Source: Octopus bimaculoides (lineage: Eukaryota). From it: a DNA stretch of 64,000 bases. Below, piece after piece: positions 1 through 13,619 of this stretch; the stretch's first letter is position 1, and every line of letters starts with the position of its first letter. The notes beneath the pieces are model-generated. The model did not search any database and was not told the DNA's origin. It was given only the letters and a program-made list of their open reading frames with translations. The stretch is taken from the NCBI RefSeq assembly GCF_001194135.2, contig NC_069002.1:2254616-2318615 (forward strand), written 5' to 3'. Both the position numbers and the translations under genes were made by a program.

Positions 1-815
1 ACACTACAGAAATAATGGAAATTGTATTTATGTAACTTCAAACTACAAGAAAAAGAGTTTTAGCACCCCGCAAAAAAATGTCAATTTTAGAGATTTTACA
101 AAAAATACTAACATCCAATCAGTCGGTCCGACTCTATATCAATTTCCCTTAAAAAAATTGTGATCGATAGCCAATAAAAACACCTCACCATACATAAACA
201 TCCGAAGAATTCATTGAAATTTGGTTTAAAATGAAATCAATTTACGCTCATTAGTGACGGCTTTCTATCACGTAGAAAACAGAACCGAACATAGAAGATC
301 TACACGAAAAACGCTACACAGAGAGCAAGATGGTATAACCAAAGTACATTCCGTAATATTTCTAAGAATAATTATATCTAAATATGCTCATCTACAGAAA
401 ATTTCCGTTTAATTTAGAAACCTCCAGGAATTATTGTCTAAATATCACTATTAAAGTATATTAAGAAATTTCGTAATAAACAAGTAATTTAAACAGCATT
501 AATATGAAATTACACCTCAGTATTCACAATATTATGTATTACGGATCATATCGCACACTTTATGTATTCGCAACTACTTCCTTTATACAGAGTTAAGCAG
601 TAAGTATATCATAACCCAATATAATTTTTAAGCAATATCAATTTCGTTAAACAACATTTTTATCATCTTATTAGAAGCATTTGCGCTGATTGTTCTCTTT
701 TCAATGACACTTCCAGTAGTCATTAAATCATTCCAGGAATTTCAATTATATAATGTACACGCATACTGATAGATTACATATGCATAACATCAGGTGTGTA
801 TGTGTGTATATATAT

Positions 816-859
<44 letters not shown>

Positions 860-1272
860 ATGGATAGATGCATATATCTACATGTCTCTATGTGTGTACC
901 TGTGTTTGTGCATGCGTGTGCGTGTGTAAGTATGTAAAGGCGCGTATGGTTATTTGATTGGCAGCTGTACATTTTCCACCGTTCACACGATTTCAGTAAA
1001 CTGCACTCCATTCATTAAGTAAAAATGCAGGCGGTTTGACATGTCTACAAACAGAATAAACAATAGCACAAAGTGATGATATATTCACGTTTGCTATCTC
1101 TATACATATGTACTTAGATTATCTCTGAAATACCTGCATAAGCTTGCGTATGTTCTGACAACTTTATATACATAATTAATTAATTCACCATGTCAACTTA
1201 TAATACTGATACAAGCACAAATCTAATTATCCATATCATACATTGTCACACACGCACGCACAGACACGCACG

Positions 1273-1358
<86 letters not shown>

Positions 1359-1732
1359 TTCATACATATATGTATCTATGCATCTATCTATCTAACACTT
1401 GTGCTGAAAATCTTCCCGTTACACCACTCACTCACGTCCCTCTAGTGTCACCATCTGAAAGCCAAATCCCTTACGGTAATGCTCAGTACCAACATTCCGG
1501 CAACAACCCTACAAACAACCCTACAAAGAGGTCTTTCAGATTCCATCTGCAAATTATGAGGATTCACATTATTACCTAAGTCCGAGCTTTCGGAAAAAGC
1601 TATCGTATTCTGTTCTTAGTACTCTATATTTTTTAATTCTCTATGTAAGTATTTTTGTATTTATACGTATGCGTGTGTGTGTTAGTGTTAATGAAACCTA
1701 ATTTTGTTTATGTGCACCAATATCTAGCATCG

Positions 1733-1807
<75 letters not shown>

Positions 1808-1835
1808 CATAGACGTACAAACACAGATATATATC

Positions 1836-1898
<63 letters not shown>

Positions 1899-2599
1899 CC
1901 ATATGCCTATGTGAATGTGTGTGTGTGTGAGCGTGTTGTGTGCAAACATGCAGAAATATGCCTACATAACACCGAGTTAATATACCACCACGTGCGTGTT
2001 GATATATGATGCCAAATGTCCAACACATTAGGGCGGAGGTGTTTACACGTTTCAATCAATATATTAGAAGTATCACGAACAGGAAATTCAATTTAGCTCT
2101 TCATAATAAGACTGTGAAGATTTCGAAATATCGGATGCATAATTAGAAACTCCTCAGTTCCAAACTCACTGTCAAATGCTAAGAGAATATGTTAATCATA
2201 GAATATATATTGCTTGAATACAGTCTTGTAATTAATGAAACACACACATACATATATATATATATACATACATACAAAACTTACAAATATGCATACTTAC
2301 CAGCGTAATTAGATATATATCCCAATCATTCAAAAATATATATGTGTTTGTATGAGTGAGTGTTTGCGGCATATTTCAAGTTCTAAAGACAAACCTCTTG
2401 CTTGCCTATGTTAATACGTATAAAAACACGGTATCTGCTCAATATCTCCTCCTTAAGAACTCACAGGCTCATACTCTGTCTCTTGATTCTTCCTCAATAT
2501 AGGATTGTGAAGAGAGATAACAGTGAATATTACTGATTGAATTGCATATGCGTCCCTTTGTATGGAATAAATACAATTGTATCAGCGTGAACAATAAAC

Positions 2600-3720
2600 A
2601 AACTCCAGAGTAGTTAAAATAGGGCTCTGACATATTTCAGCTCCTAAAGGCAATTCACTGCAGTTATCTTGGAGAAGAATTTTCTTCAGTAACTACTGAA
2701 GAAGGATATCCCAATGGATTAACAAGCATAAGTACGCATAACAAAATGAATCTTGATATGATGAATCTGCTATTGATCCCTCAATCCATTGGGATATGAA
2801 TCGTTTTGTGTCGATTTCTAACCCTGATGAAATGCTTAATTTACTATATTCAAAATGCGTCTTTAGTTTAATTATTTGTAGTTTGAATTAATTGAATATT
2901 GAAACAATTGTAGGTTATACGAAATTGATGCTACCCGAAATTGGAGTTATGTTAATAAACTGATGTCTATCTGTCGATTTCTCCATTTATTTTTCTTATA
3001 TATATATATATATATATATATATGCGTGTGTGTATGTATGATAGTTAACTTCGGCACCATGCAGTATGAATAAACCCAAAACTACATTATTATACGAAGT
3101 AATTTTAAGCATGTTTCTTAACCAGTGTCTATAAGACATTCTTTATAAATTCTGGCACTTTTGCAACAGTCAATACTAATTAACATTTCTTATGAGGCTC
3201 AGTTTTAAGCTGTTGTTCTCTTGCTTGCATATTTTTTCGACTTTCTTTGAACAACGTTACCCGAAGGATGCTTCACACCTCAATTAGATCGAAACTATCC
3301 GCGAGTCTAAGTAAGAGACAATTACCTTAGCATGGTATTTGATGTGATTGGTACCGAAAAAATATCAAGTATTCATGAAAAATTGAATTATGATTTCTCA
3401 CTCAAGAACGGCTATTTACGAAGCAGTGGAATAATTAACAGAGAGTAAAATCAAATATTCATTGAAAGGGTAGTTTGGGGGCTTATTTAGCGTCAACGAA
3501 GTCAAACATGTACAAACATCACTGCCACATCTCTCTTCACAGATTCCATCTAATGTCACAGGAATGCTTTGTTTTTTTATCTCTTCGAAAACTATTCGAT
3601 ATGTCTTAAAAGAATTATCCATTCAGTATTCGCTTTATTCGTAATGCGATGGATGATATCCGGAATAGCTCCTGGCATTTATGAATTCTTCATTAAAGAG
3701 ACAAAACTTTACTTTAAAAA
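2600..3720 (-). mobile_element. Decayed hAT (Ac/ZBED1-like) DNA transposase remnant
   Basis: Manual minus-strand translation across stops and frameshifts gives hAT-like motifs in the expected order. KQSIPVT/RWNL (~3545-3575) resembles QDVPTRWNS. PFNEYLILLSVNYSTAS (~3420-3475) resembles PFEEAT..LS...Y.TAS. VSYLDSRI (~3295-3320) resembles AT.LDPRF. YPSSVVTE/KFFSK (~2670-2710) resembles the dimerisation-domain IPASSV.SER.FSK. Confidence 0.5.
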
Positions 3721-4016
3721 GTGTTCATATATTTTGTGCTATTAATTTTTTCTCTCTTGTTTTTGCTATTAATTTTTTCTCTCTCTCTTTTTTTTTGCTG
3801 AGTTGACGCAAGTATCAGCTCATGATTGTAAAATTCTTTCTCGGAACGATTCAACGATTTTATACAGAAATGAATTTAGTGATCAAAGATAATCTTACTC
3901 ATGTTAAGGGGTGGTAAAGTCATGATTTGTAAATTGAAAAACAAAACAGTAAAAACAGAAGGATAAGTTGCTTTTCTTTTTATAATATTATTAAAGAAAG
4001 GACTCCTACGTCATGC

Positions 4017-4930
4017 ATGAATGAATTTTTCATTGTTCAAAATGAGAGTTTGCCGAAAAATAATCAAGAACTTTTCACAAAATACGCACATCTACGAAGG
4101 CATCATGAATGGAAGCTCAGTTTTAGAAAATCATACAAATTCCGTAATAAACATTTTGTCCAAAGGAAACGTGTTTTGGGCAGAATTTATCTTAGCATGG
4201 TCTTCTGCTTGTCTACTTTAAAGATAACGTTGATTTAACAGTTTCTGTATCAAAAGTTGCTATTCGTTACAAGAAGCCAATAGCAATGGATTTACAAACG
4301 GATATTGTGGAACTGAACAAATTTCCAGTGATATTATTTGTGATACAGACAAGGTACCCCTAGTGAGAAATTTAGAAAGCAAAATCCAGTCTTCTTTGAA
4401 AGTTATTTATTTATATACTTACAGTGGCTCATTGCAAATTAATGCAGGAGATGGCTTCATCGTTTAGGAAGAATCTCCAAGGTATCTCAGATTCAGCCCA
4501 CCGATTCAAGCAATACTGCATAATGTGGTCCTAAATATACAAAAGGCAGGATAGTCGTGGCTGGAAACGTCTTGATCGCATGTAACTTTGATTGAAGACA
4601 AAATATGAACAACGGTGGGATATATATCTAAATGGCAACAACTTGCCTCCAAAAATAGAATAAATGTTCCGGTGTACAGGTCATCGTTGTATTCTAATTT
4701 CAGCTTTACAGATATAAAAAGTGCCATACAACTTTAAATCTCGTCTGTACACACGACAGAATTGTAACGAGAGCGACGTAAATTTTCGATAAATTTACTG
4801 CTACAGACTGAACTTAATCATCTGTCACAAACAAACTACTTCAGACAATTTTATTCGCTTTCTCCGAGAAGTGTTATATTTATTTCAACACTTGAATTCC
4901 TAGCTCAGTGATGAAAAAAATTTAGCAGGC
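4017..4930 (+). mobile_element. Decayed hAT (Charlie/SPIN/GTF2IRD2-like) transposase remnant
   Basis: Broken frames give FFIVQNE..KYAHLRRHHE (like KEYNLRRHYETKH), FTNG...DIICDTDK (like FTDG...EIICPDK), EMASSFRKNLQ, GHRCIL (like HCILHQ) and *LSDEK (like WLSRGK). The order fits, but the matches are weak and heavily interrupted. Confidence 0.35.
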
Positions 4931-5029
4931 ATCACATTACGCACTTGTTGGAAATAATCGCAAAATTCGACAAATCTATTATTTTACTTTTAATAGCAAA
5001 GAAATTATTGATATAATGGACTCTGGGAA

Positions 5030-5215
5030 GGTTGTATGGTTTAAAAAATTGCTTTTCAACCACGTGATCGTGAGTTCGAGGTCACAGTGTAGTATTTTCA
5101 GCTAGCGTATTTCTGGTTTGATCGGTAACTAATGAGAAGACCTTGGTAAGCAGAAACGTTGTACTTGTGTGTATGTATGTGTGTGTGTGTGTATGTGTGT
5201 GTGTGTGTGTGTGTA
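5030..5215 (+). mobile_element. Degenerate tRNA-derived SINE 5' part (family B) running into (GT)n
   Basis: ggttgtatggtttaaaaaattgcttttcaaccacgtgatcgtgagttcgag resembles the better-preserved head at 21775-21925. It continues to ...ttggtaagcagaaacg and then a GT microsatellite. Confidence 0.55.
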
Positions 5216-5910
5216 TAGAGATAGAGGGGAGAGAGAAGACAAAGAATGAGGATGAATTATCAAGGATTTATTTAGTCAACACATGTTTCGAAGAGTCTCG
5301 CTCATTCTGCCATGTATAATTCGTGGTATGTTTAATACTTCATTTGATCGAATCATTAGCCACATCTGCAGTCCAATTGGCTACCTCTTCTTATCAAGGC
5401 TAATAAGCTTTCGCAAAATGTTCGACGGGGGAGGGGTTGGCAAGTTATGGATACCAGACAACTGTCTCCATTTTATAACTCAGTCTCCGTTTCATTGTTA
5501 AGAAGAGTACATTTTATTAGATGGTGTTAGTTTAATTATTGTTAATGGTCGTATGTATCTTGTCGAGAACCTTAAGAGAGTTGTAAAACATTCAGTATCT
5601 AATAAAATGAATATAGAATTACAAGCCATTGACCGCTGGAAGAAATTAAATCAAGTAAAATTACATGAATAAACGATATGCATAAACGAAACCTTATAAA
5701 TGCATACACATAGACACACACATGCATATATATATATATGTGTGTGTGTATGGGTGTGTGTGCGTGCGTATGTGTGTGTGTGCGCACGCGTTTAAGAATT
5801 TGTTTTGCATGTTCTTGGTGTAGAATCGTGTGTTAAAACGAATATTCTTATATTTGGTGATGGTTTTCTTGTGCCATTGAAACTCACTAACTGTTCAATT
5901 GATCTACATT

Positions 5911-6052
5911 TTGAGCTGGAACACTCGTTAGCGCGCCGGACGCCATGTTTAGCGGTATTTCGCTTGTCACTACATTCTGAGTTCAAATTCCGCCGAGGTC
6001 GACTTTACCTTTCATCCTTCGAGGTCGATAAGATAAGTACAAATTGAGCACA
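5911..6052 (+). mobile_element. tRNA-derived SINE (family A)
   Basis: A-box-like gagctggaacactcgttagc and B-box gagttcaaattcc (5979-5991), followed by the core gccgaggtcgactttacctttcatccttcgaggtcgataagataagtac. This core recurs at many sites in the window (e.g. 19060-19233, 27425-27550, 50238-50428, 58345-58480). Confidence 0.85.
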
Positions 6053-8707
6053 CACATAGATATATAGACAGAGTGTTTAATGTGCGCATATGTATATATG
6101 TGTGTGTGTGTATGTGCTTGTGTGTGTGTGCGTGCGTGTGTGTATTCCTGTATGTATGTGTACATGCTCACATACATATATGTGTATCGTTATACAAGTA
6201 CATCTCCCTTCGCATGTGAAATTTTGGGTGGGGCATGTCCTGGAGCCGTGGGTCGTTGGTAACTCGAGTACATTCGAGAACCGCTGAACTGAAGAAGATA
6301 TTTAGACTTTTCTTGCAGAATAGTATATGATGATAATCCTCAATAAGTATTTCATTGATCTCTTAGTAAAAGCAGCTAAATGTCCTAGAAATCGCATCAT
6401 ATCCCATCACTGTCAAATTTGAACAAAACCAAGAGGCGAATTGTTAACATACATGACTAGTAAAGACGCAGTGTAAAATATCGGCTGCAAAAACTTGATA
6501 TATAAAACTGCAGAAACTTGGCTGATCTGATGCTAAACAATATCAACAACGGCAGCTAAATCTGAATATCGTAAAATATTTAGTAATGCGCTATAATATA
6601 TTGCCAATCTTCACTGTTCTCACAGACGGAATATTAATGTCTTAGGACATAATAAATTTTGACAGTCAAATGATACAGATTATTGAATCAGTACAGTGTT
6701 TTATTGCGCAAATATTTTAGAGACGCCATCTGCATGAAAAGAGAAAAAAAAAGGCGAAACAACAACTCATGTTTAGTGTTTAACTTAAGGCATTGAACAT
6801 TACAACTGTCATTTCTTTCTTGTCACTGAGATCTTGCTTAAGCCTTCAATTTTCTAATGCTGTTATATTTGTAAAATGTGTGGAGATCTTTTATATAGCA
6901 AGTGAATGTGTTGTATTGCTGTTGTTAATTCCGGAACTGCTTGTATCGAACAAAGCTGCAACGAAAAGCGTTTAGTCCTTTAGTGACAAGCCAGTTTCTT
7001 TTTTTTTTTTTTTTGCATCTCTATTGAATATATTGTTTCATTGACTATTTTTAAATACTACCCCAGGATTTGATAGTTCACTTTAATTCACATTCATTCT
7101 CGTAATATATATTGGTAAGAAAATCCTGTGAGTGAGAATTTAGTCTGGAAATTATATTTATAGAATGTCTCTCTGGATTTAAGGTGTTTGATTGATGTTT
7201 TAGACATTAAACTATGTTCAAAATGCATTTTTACTTGTCAGTGACTATTAGAGAGAAAATAAACAAACAAAGTAAAATCGTAAATTCGAATTCCAAGTTG
7301 GAATAAATATTACTGTGAATAAATATATCGATTATGTACTTTATTCAAACCTATACAATTATAAATTATTATCCTGTAAGCAATGTTACACCTTATTTAT
7401 GATATTCCTCTGCATGTCATGACAGGCATTTGAATGTTATTGTTTCACAGAAAAATAACCTTGTTTTGAACTCGAATGTTATTTTTACATGTGTATTGTC
7501 CGTCAGAGAATGAGACTGACAAAATAAGGGACAAAGTAACATGTTTTAGTAGCAAAAGTTTTTACGGTAATGTTGATTGAGCAGCAATTAAAATCAGAGG
7601 ACCAGGAGTCGGAAAATTCTGCAAGGTATTCACACCAGCATTCTAGCGAAGTTGCGAATTTGCCACGTTCTGCTTTCGGAGTTGAACCCCTAAAATGATC
7701 ATCTTGCATCTTAGTGTCAGTATGATAAAATACAAAACTAATCAACGTAATGTGTTTTAGGTAACTCCTTAAAATGTGTGCAGTGAAATCAATGAAGGAA
7801 CCATGGGTAGTATATTGGCAGTATCGGTGGAGGCGTGAACGAAATTCCTTGCTTTATTTTCTAACTGTAGCATTTCAAAGTAAATTTTATCTTTCACATG
7901 TCTGGCTATCGATAAAAAATAATAATACTATATCAAGCTCTAGGATTAGGGGATTTAATAGATTATACCCGACTAAGTCTCCACGTACACAAAAAAATAT
8001 AATAATAATTAAATAAATAAAAACTGCTGCCTCTACAGAATTTAAAATATTTGGGTGATTCATTTAAAGGATTTGCAGAGAATAAAAGCAATCATCTTTG
8101 AGAGATTTAAAGACGTACGATTATGTTCTGAAGAGATTATAGTTTTATTTCATGTTTCACTGATCGATAGAATAAAGTATCATTCAAATAGCCTGGGCTC
8201 GATCTGAAAGACTATACAGTGTCGCACCCAAATATCTGACGCAGTTTCTAATATTTCCTACAAAAATCAATAAAAATAATAAATAATGCATATAGTAGAT
8301 AAAACAAAGCAAAGAAAATATATTCTTACTGCAATAAAAAATATCACTCCCCGGGAGTGCATATTTTTTTCTGGTATTGTCATTTTGGCCCTCACTGAGT
8401 TTTTCACGCACCATTATGGTTTGAACTTCGTTCAGTGTTTTAAAAGAATTCACACAGAAAATGAAAGAAATCAGTAAAAAAAGAAAATGTAAAATATTAT
8501 ATCGCATAAACAAAATATCGAAAGCAGATAAGAACTAATAATAAAAAATGTTGTATTTTTTGGTATTTTTTAAATTCCATCTTTTGATAAAATAACATAA
8601 ATAAAATTCAACGAAACGGCAAACATAAAATGTAGTGTAAAAATGAAAAATAGTTCCACCACTCGGCTACATATACAATTTTTCACTATCACTTGCTCTC
8701 TCACCTT

Positions 8708-8742
<35 letters not shown>

Positions 8743-8924
8743 AACGCCATTTTTTGTTTGTCAGTCTGTGTGTCTCTGTGTTTTGTTTTGTCTTCAGTTA
8801 CTTCAGCCGTTATGGCTTATGGTTAACCATGTCAGATCTTTTACCGATAATTATGTGATATCACGCGTCTGTAGACAGAGAGGTCGAGGAACAAGATCTG
8901 TATGACAGGACACTAATGTGTGAG

Positions 8925-8941
8925 GGAAAATACAGAGAGAA

Positions 8942-9015
<74 letters not shown>

Positions 9016-9775
9016 GAGATGGGTAGTGCAGAGGGAGAGGTAAGTCAGAAAGGGAGAGAAAGAGAGAGAATGTGTAGAAGGGAGCGAATGAAAGGTGATT
9101 GAATGAGGGAAAGTGAAGGACATATGAAAGACAAAGAAGACGCTCGGTATGTAATAAAGAACGAGAAAATGTTAAGATGAAACAGAGAAAGGGAGAAAGA
9201 AGGGAAGGAAGATCGTTGAGTAACTAAAAATATCAAGGAAAAATGCATAAATGAAGGAATAAATAAATAAATAAATATATAATGAAGGATTGCAGGAGGG
9301 GAAAGAAAGAAGGAAAAGTTTAAGATAAATGCATAAAGATTAAGATAAGATAGCGAAAGAAATTTAGAGGGAATATAGCGTGGAAAAGTGATGCTATGCA
9401 AAAACAGAAAGAGCGGAAAAAAGAACGAGAAAAAAGAAAGAGTGAGAGAAAGAAAGGAAGAAAAGAGTTAGGAGAAAAATATAAAGTGAAAATAAGAAAG
9501 AAGATACGAACGACAGATGGAAGTCTAGAGAAAATGAATATGAAAGAGCCTAGAATTACACATAGGAAAGAGAAAATAGAGAGAAAGAAAGAGAGCTTGA
9601 AAAGAACGTATGCAGAAGGAAAATTAAGGAAAAAAAGAAGATGGTGAGAGAAGAAAAAAACGCAGAAAACTGCCGAGAAGATCAGAAGGGAGATGGAAAA
9701 TATTAAGAAACTAAATATGGAAAAATAAAGAAGAATAAACCGCGTATGGAATGATGGCAAATGAAGAATTAATAA
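8925..9775 (+). repeat. (GA)n microsatellite grading into a ~800 bp purine-rich low-complexity tract
   Basis: Directly visible GA/GAAA-rich sequence. It accounts for the F/L/S-rich and K/E/R-rich pseudo-ORFs here. Confidence 0.9.
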
Positions 9776-9804
9776 TATTTATATTGGTACATGGCTAAGA
9801 TTTG

Positions 9805-9935
9805 CTGGGGGATAGAACAGTCGATTATATTGATCTAGCACTTAAGAAGTATTTTATGTTTTCACCCTGGGAAAGATGAAAGGCAAAAATGACCTCAGTG
9901 GAGTTTGATCTCATAATGTAAAGATCTGTTAAAAA
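9805..9935 (-). mobile_element. SINE family A, degenerate
   Basis: Reverse complement of the family core: gggaaagatgaaaggcaaaaatgacctcagtggagtttgatctca. Confidence 0.7.
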
Positions 9936-10014
9936 TGCTGCAACAGCGATATGTCCAATGTTTCAGGAATTGCGTGAATGCGAGAATGATATCAGTTTCT
10001 GATGTAGGTGCGAT

Positions 10015-10125
10015 GCCAACAGTTTTGAGGAGGCGATGGGGTGATATCATTGATACTATAACTTGACTGGTACTTTATTTTCTCAAACCTTGAAATGATG
10101 AAAGGCAAATTTGATCTCTTCAGGA
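10015..10125 (-). mobile_element. SINE family A, 3' portion
   Basis: gactggtactttattttctcaaaccttgaaatgatgaaaggcaaatttgatctc matches the reverse-complemented core. Confidence 0.7.
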
Positions 10126-10202
10126 CTTGCAATTGTAGTGTAAAGATATGCAAAAAAAAAAAAAAAAATCCTGCAAATATTTTTAGTTCCCTTTGAATTC
10201 CT

Positions 10203-10436
10203 TCCCGCGACATGCAGACCTCTCGGATTGGTTTCCTGATTTCCATGATGTATATATTCCCCACCTGAGTGGAACGCCGGTCCGCCGCAAGTTGAGCTCA
10301 TTTTTGCCAGTTGATTGGACTGCAGCAACGTGAAATGAAGTGTCTTGCTCAAGAAGACATCGGGTCGCCCAGTCCCAGAATCGAAACCAGATCTTACGAC
10401 CATGAACCCAACGCCCAAACTACTTAGCTACGCGCC
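10203..10436 (-). mobile_element. tRNA-derived SINE of a distinct family (V/Meta-domain-like body)
   Basis: On the minus strand: ggcgcgtagctaagtagtt (A box), ggtttcgattc (B box), then ttgagcaagacactt...cagtccaatcaactggcaaaaatgag...tgcggcggaccggcgttccactcagg. The assignment to a V-like central domain is from memory. Confidence 0.75.
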
Positions 10437-10494
10437 ACTACAAATTCTCTTGCTCGGTACCCTATCGAATTTTTCAACCCGTAAAGTGTAATGG

Positions 10495-10690
10495 TTTCAG
10501 GTTTTGGGGCAAGGAAAGCATTGGAGGGGGGGGGGCAGCTGGTGTCCTCGACGCCGTGCACTTTATTTTCTCTACCCTAAAAAGGTGAAAGGTAAAATCC
10601 TCTTCGACGTAATTTAATCTAAAAAAAAATAAAAACCCAAAATAAGTGCTATTTATTTTTTGTCCGACACGCTAACGAATATGCCACCTC
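10495..10690 (-). mobile_element. SINE family A, degenerate
   Basis: actttattttctctaccctaaaaaggtgaaaggtaaaatc ... tccgacacgctaacgaatatgcc gives the reverse-complemented core plus head. Confidence 0.6.
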
Positions 10691-10744
10691 TTTGCATTCG
10701 GTCTGAACAAAATCCTGCTTTCAACATTTGGCACATGACCAGCA

Positions 10745-10922
10745 ATTTTAGATGTAGGGGGAGGACACGATTACAAAGGGTCCAATACTTGACTTTGCTT
10801 TCTTTTTAATGGACTCCACAAAAAAAATGATAGGCTAGTTGACCTCTCAGTGCTATTTGAACCTAAATCTTAGATGCCACTAAACATCTCCGTCGCGTAA
10901 CGATTACGCCAACTCATCGCAT
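10745..10922 (-). mobile_element. SINE family A, degenerate
   Basis: gttgacctctcagtgctatttgaacc (B box, reverse complement) ... ctaaacatctccgtcgcgtaacgattacgccaactcatcgc (head, reverse complement). Confidence 0.65.
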
Positions 10923-11358
10923 TCACTCCGAAAAAATAATACGGAAAAATGTCTGTGAAGTAAGATTTGAAGAAGGATGGATAGAAGGAAATCTAGGGAA
11001 AAAACGGAAAAAAGAAACAGGAGGGTAGGCCCGGGATGAAACGGGAATATATTGTAATAGATGTGAATGGTCACGGGGGAGAAAGAAAAAAAAAGGAAAT
11101 AAAGAGTAAGAGAAGATTTGTATTTGGAGGAAGAGGAAGATGAAGAGAAACGGAAACGCAGAGGAAGTTGGAAAATGATCATAAAAGACATCATGAAAGT
11201 AGTTTAAGATTGATGGAAGAAAATGTTACAAAGGTGACAAGAAAGAAAAAAGATAAAGAAAATTAAGGAATAGAAAGGAAGCGGGAAAGAGAGAAGACGA
11301 AAGACAGGAACGCTTGACAGATAAAACTTTAAAAATACATAGTATGAAAGCAGGTACA

Positions 11359-11379
11359 AAGAAAGAAAGAAAGAAAGAG

Positions 11380-11454
<75 letters not shown>

Positions 11455-11468
11455 AAGAAAGAAAGAAA
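11359..11468 (+). repeat. (GAAA)n microsatellite inside a purine-rich tract (10945-11710)
   Basis: Direct observation. Confidence 0.95.
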
Positions 11469-12110
11469 GGGGGAAACCATAAATAAGGGCAGAAGTAAAA
11501 ATATGCAGGAAATAAAAAAATAGATGAAGAATAGAGAAAGGGAATAAATGAAATATAAAGAAATTTAAAAGATAGAAAATAAGAAGAAAGATATCTTGAA
11601 AAGAGATAAAAGAATAAGAAAATAGCTCAGAATGTTAAAAGGAAGGAAGTATTGAGAATGAGGTAAATGGGAGAAAGTATTGAGAACGAGGTAAATGTGG
11701 AATAGCGAAAGATAAGATATACTCACACACACACACACACGCACGTATGCACATGTACACACGCGCGTATATGTACATATATATGCATACAACCATACAG
11801 AAACCAAAACCTAATTACACACACACATTCTAACGCATACAAGCACGCATACATATAAAAAGTCATGGAAGGGTTTGAGATGATAATAGTAACTCTTTTA
11901 ATTATTTTTACTTATCTTTCTTACACCTAACCTGCGTTTATTTTCTCACCTAACGTGCGTTTATTTTGCTATATATAATGTATATGATGTTCTGCTATTG
12001 TAGCAATAAAACATAAAATAAAGGATTTATCAGATTTCGAAACTTCCTTCGTGAGAAGTGACCCACCCTGTGCTTAAATACATAGATACATTTATATGTA
12101 TCTATCCATG

Positions 12111-12479
12111 CGGAGGTGCAATGGCCCAGTGCTTAGAGCGGCGGACTCAGGGTTATAGGGTCGTGGTCTCGATTTCCGGACCAGGCATTTTGAGTGTTTA
12201 TTGAGCGAAAGCTCCACGAGGCTCCGGCAGGGGTTGGTGGCGAACCCTTCTGCACTCTTTTACCACAACTTTGTCTCACTCTTTCTTACGTTTTCCGTTG
12301 TACCTGTATTTCAATAGGCCAGCCTTATCACACTCTGTGTCACTTTGAATCTCCCCAAGAACTACGTTAAGGGTACACGTGACAGTGGAATGTTCAGCCA
12401 TTTGTACGTTAATTTTTCAAGCTGGCTGTTCCGTTGATCTGATCAACTGGAACCCTCGACATCGTAACCGATGGAGTGC

Positions 12480-12482
<3 letters not shown>
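12111..12482 (+). mobile_element. Full-length tRNA-derived SINE (family C, cephalopod-type), ~370 bp
   Basis: A box tggcccagtgcttag and B box ggtctcgatttcc, then body gtttattgagcgaaagctccacgaggctccggcaggg...gaactacgttaagggtacacgtg...gatcaactggaaccctcgacatcgtaaccgatggagtgc, ending in an (AT)n tail. Confidence 0.85.
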
Positions 12483-12537
<55 letters not shown>

Positions 12538-13247
12538 TGTATATTATATTTAGCTATCATGAGAGATTATTTGTAATTTTTATTTTATCGAAACATGGTT
12601 GAATAAAATAATTTCATAATCCATTTAATCTAATGAGTAGAAGCGTATTTAATTCTGGTTAGATTTGAAACTTCGATCTGCTTACTAAGGTAAGGCATTT
12701 TAGCCCCGTGCACTGAGTATCACCTACTTCTCTACCGATTAAGATTCAAAGTGGAAGAATAAAAGAAAGGTGCAACGAGCGAAATAAATAAGAGCCTGAA
12801 ACATATAAAGAAAAGAGAAAAACGAGCAAAAAGAAATACTGTTAGAAACACGTGAAGAAGTGTGAAGAAGAAAGAACGAAAAAAAATAAGTAAGTAGATA
12901 AATATAAAAACGAAAGAAAAGGGGGAAATCAATCGCAGGAATTTTCTCAGATTAGAAAGTAAACATCAACAGATAGACTCAGGAGAGTTAGGTTAACATT
13001 AACATCTACATCAGAAGATGATTCGAAAACTATTTAAGATTAAACTAACAAAAAACAACAAGAACAACAAGAATAACAAGTATAACAACAACGCTAGCTA
13101 ACACCGCCAATGTCACCAACGAACTTTCAAAGTAAATAAGATAAAACGAAAATGAAATGAAGAGGGTGTTGGTGGTGGTGGTGAGATAGATTGGTAGCAT
13201 TGCCTTCCACCAAATCACACAGTCCTAGTAGTACTATATCACGCTGA

Positions 13248-13450
<203 letters not shown>

Positions 13451-13619
13451 GAGGACATAACGCAAACAAAGAATCTTCTCCGAGCTACTGCGTTTCTTGT
13501 TGAGTAGAAAAAAGAACAAAAATGCAAGGAATATAAAATACAGTTGAACGGTTTTGATGCAATAATAGAGCTGTTGAAATAAAGGATAATAATATTCATA
13601 TCAATAAATGACCTGATGT

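Noticed and set aside
1-340. Possible Helitron/MITE-like non-autonomous element at the window start
   Set aside because: Truncated by the window edge, with no terminal structure or second copy visible.
7591-7626. 28-nt segment between AG and GTATTC (AGGACCAGGAGTCGGAAAATTCTGCAAG)
   Set aside because: No polypyrimidine tract, not frame-preserving, and no recognisable peptide.
11990-12062. Hammerhead-like string on the minus strand (ctcacga-ag-gaagtttc-gaaa)
   Set aside because: The core is CUCACGA rather than CUGANGA, and no stem I can be formed. At best a dead Penelope-type remnant.
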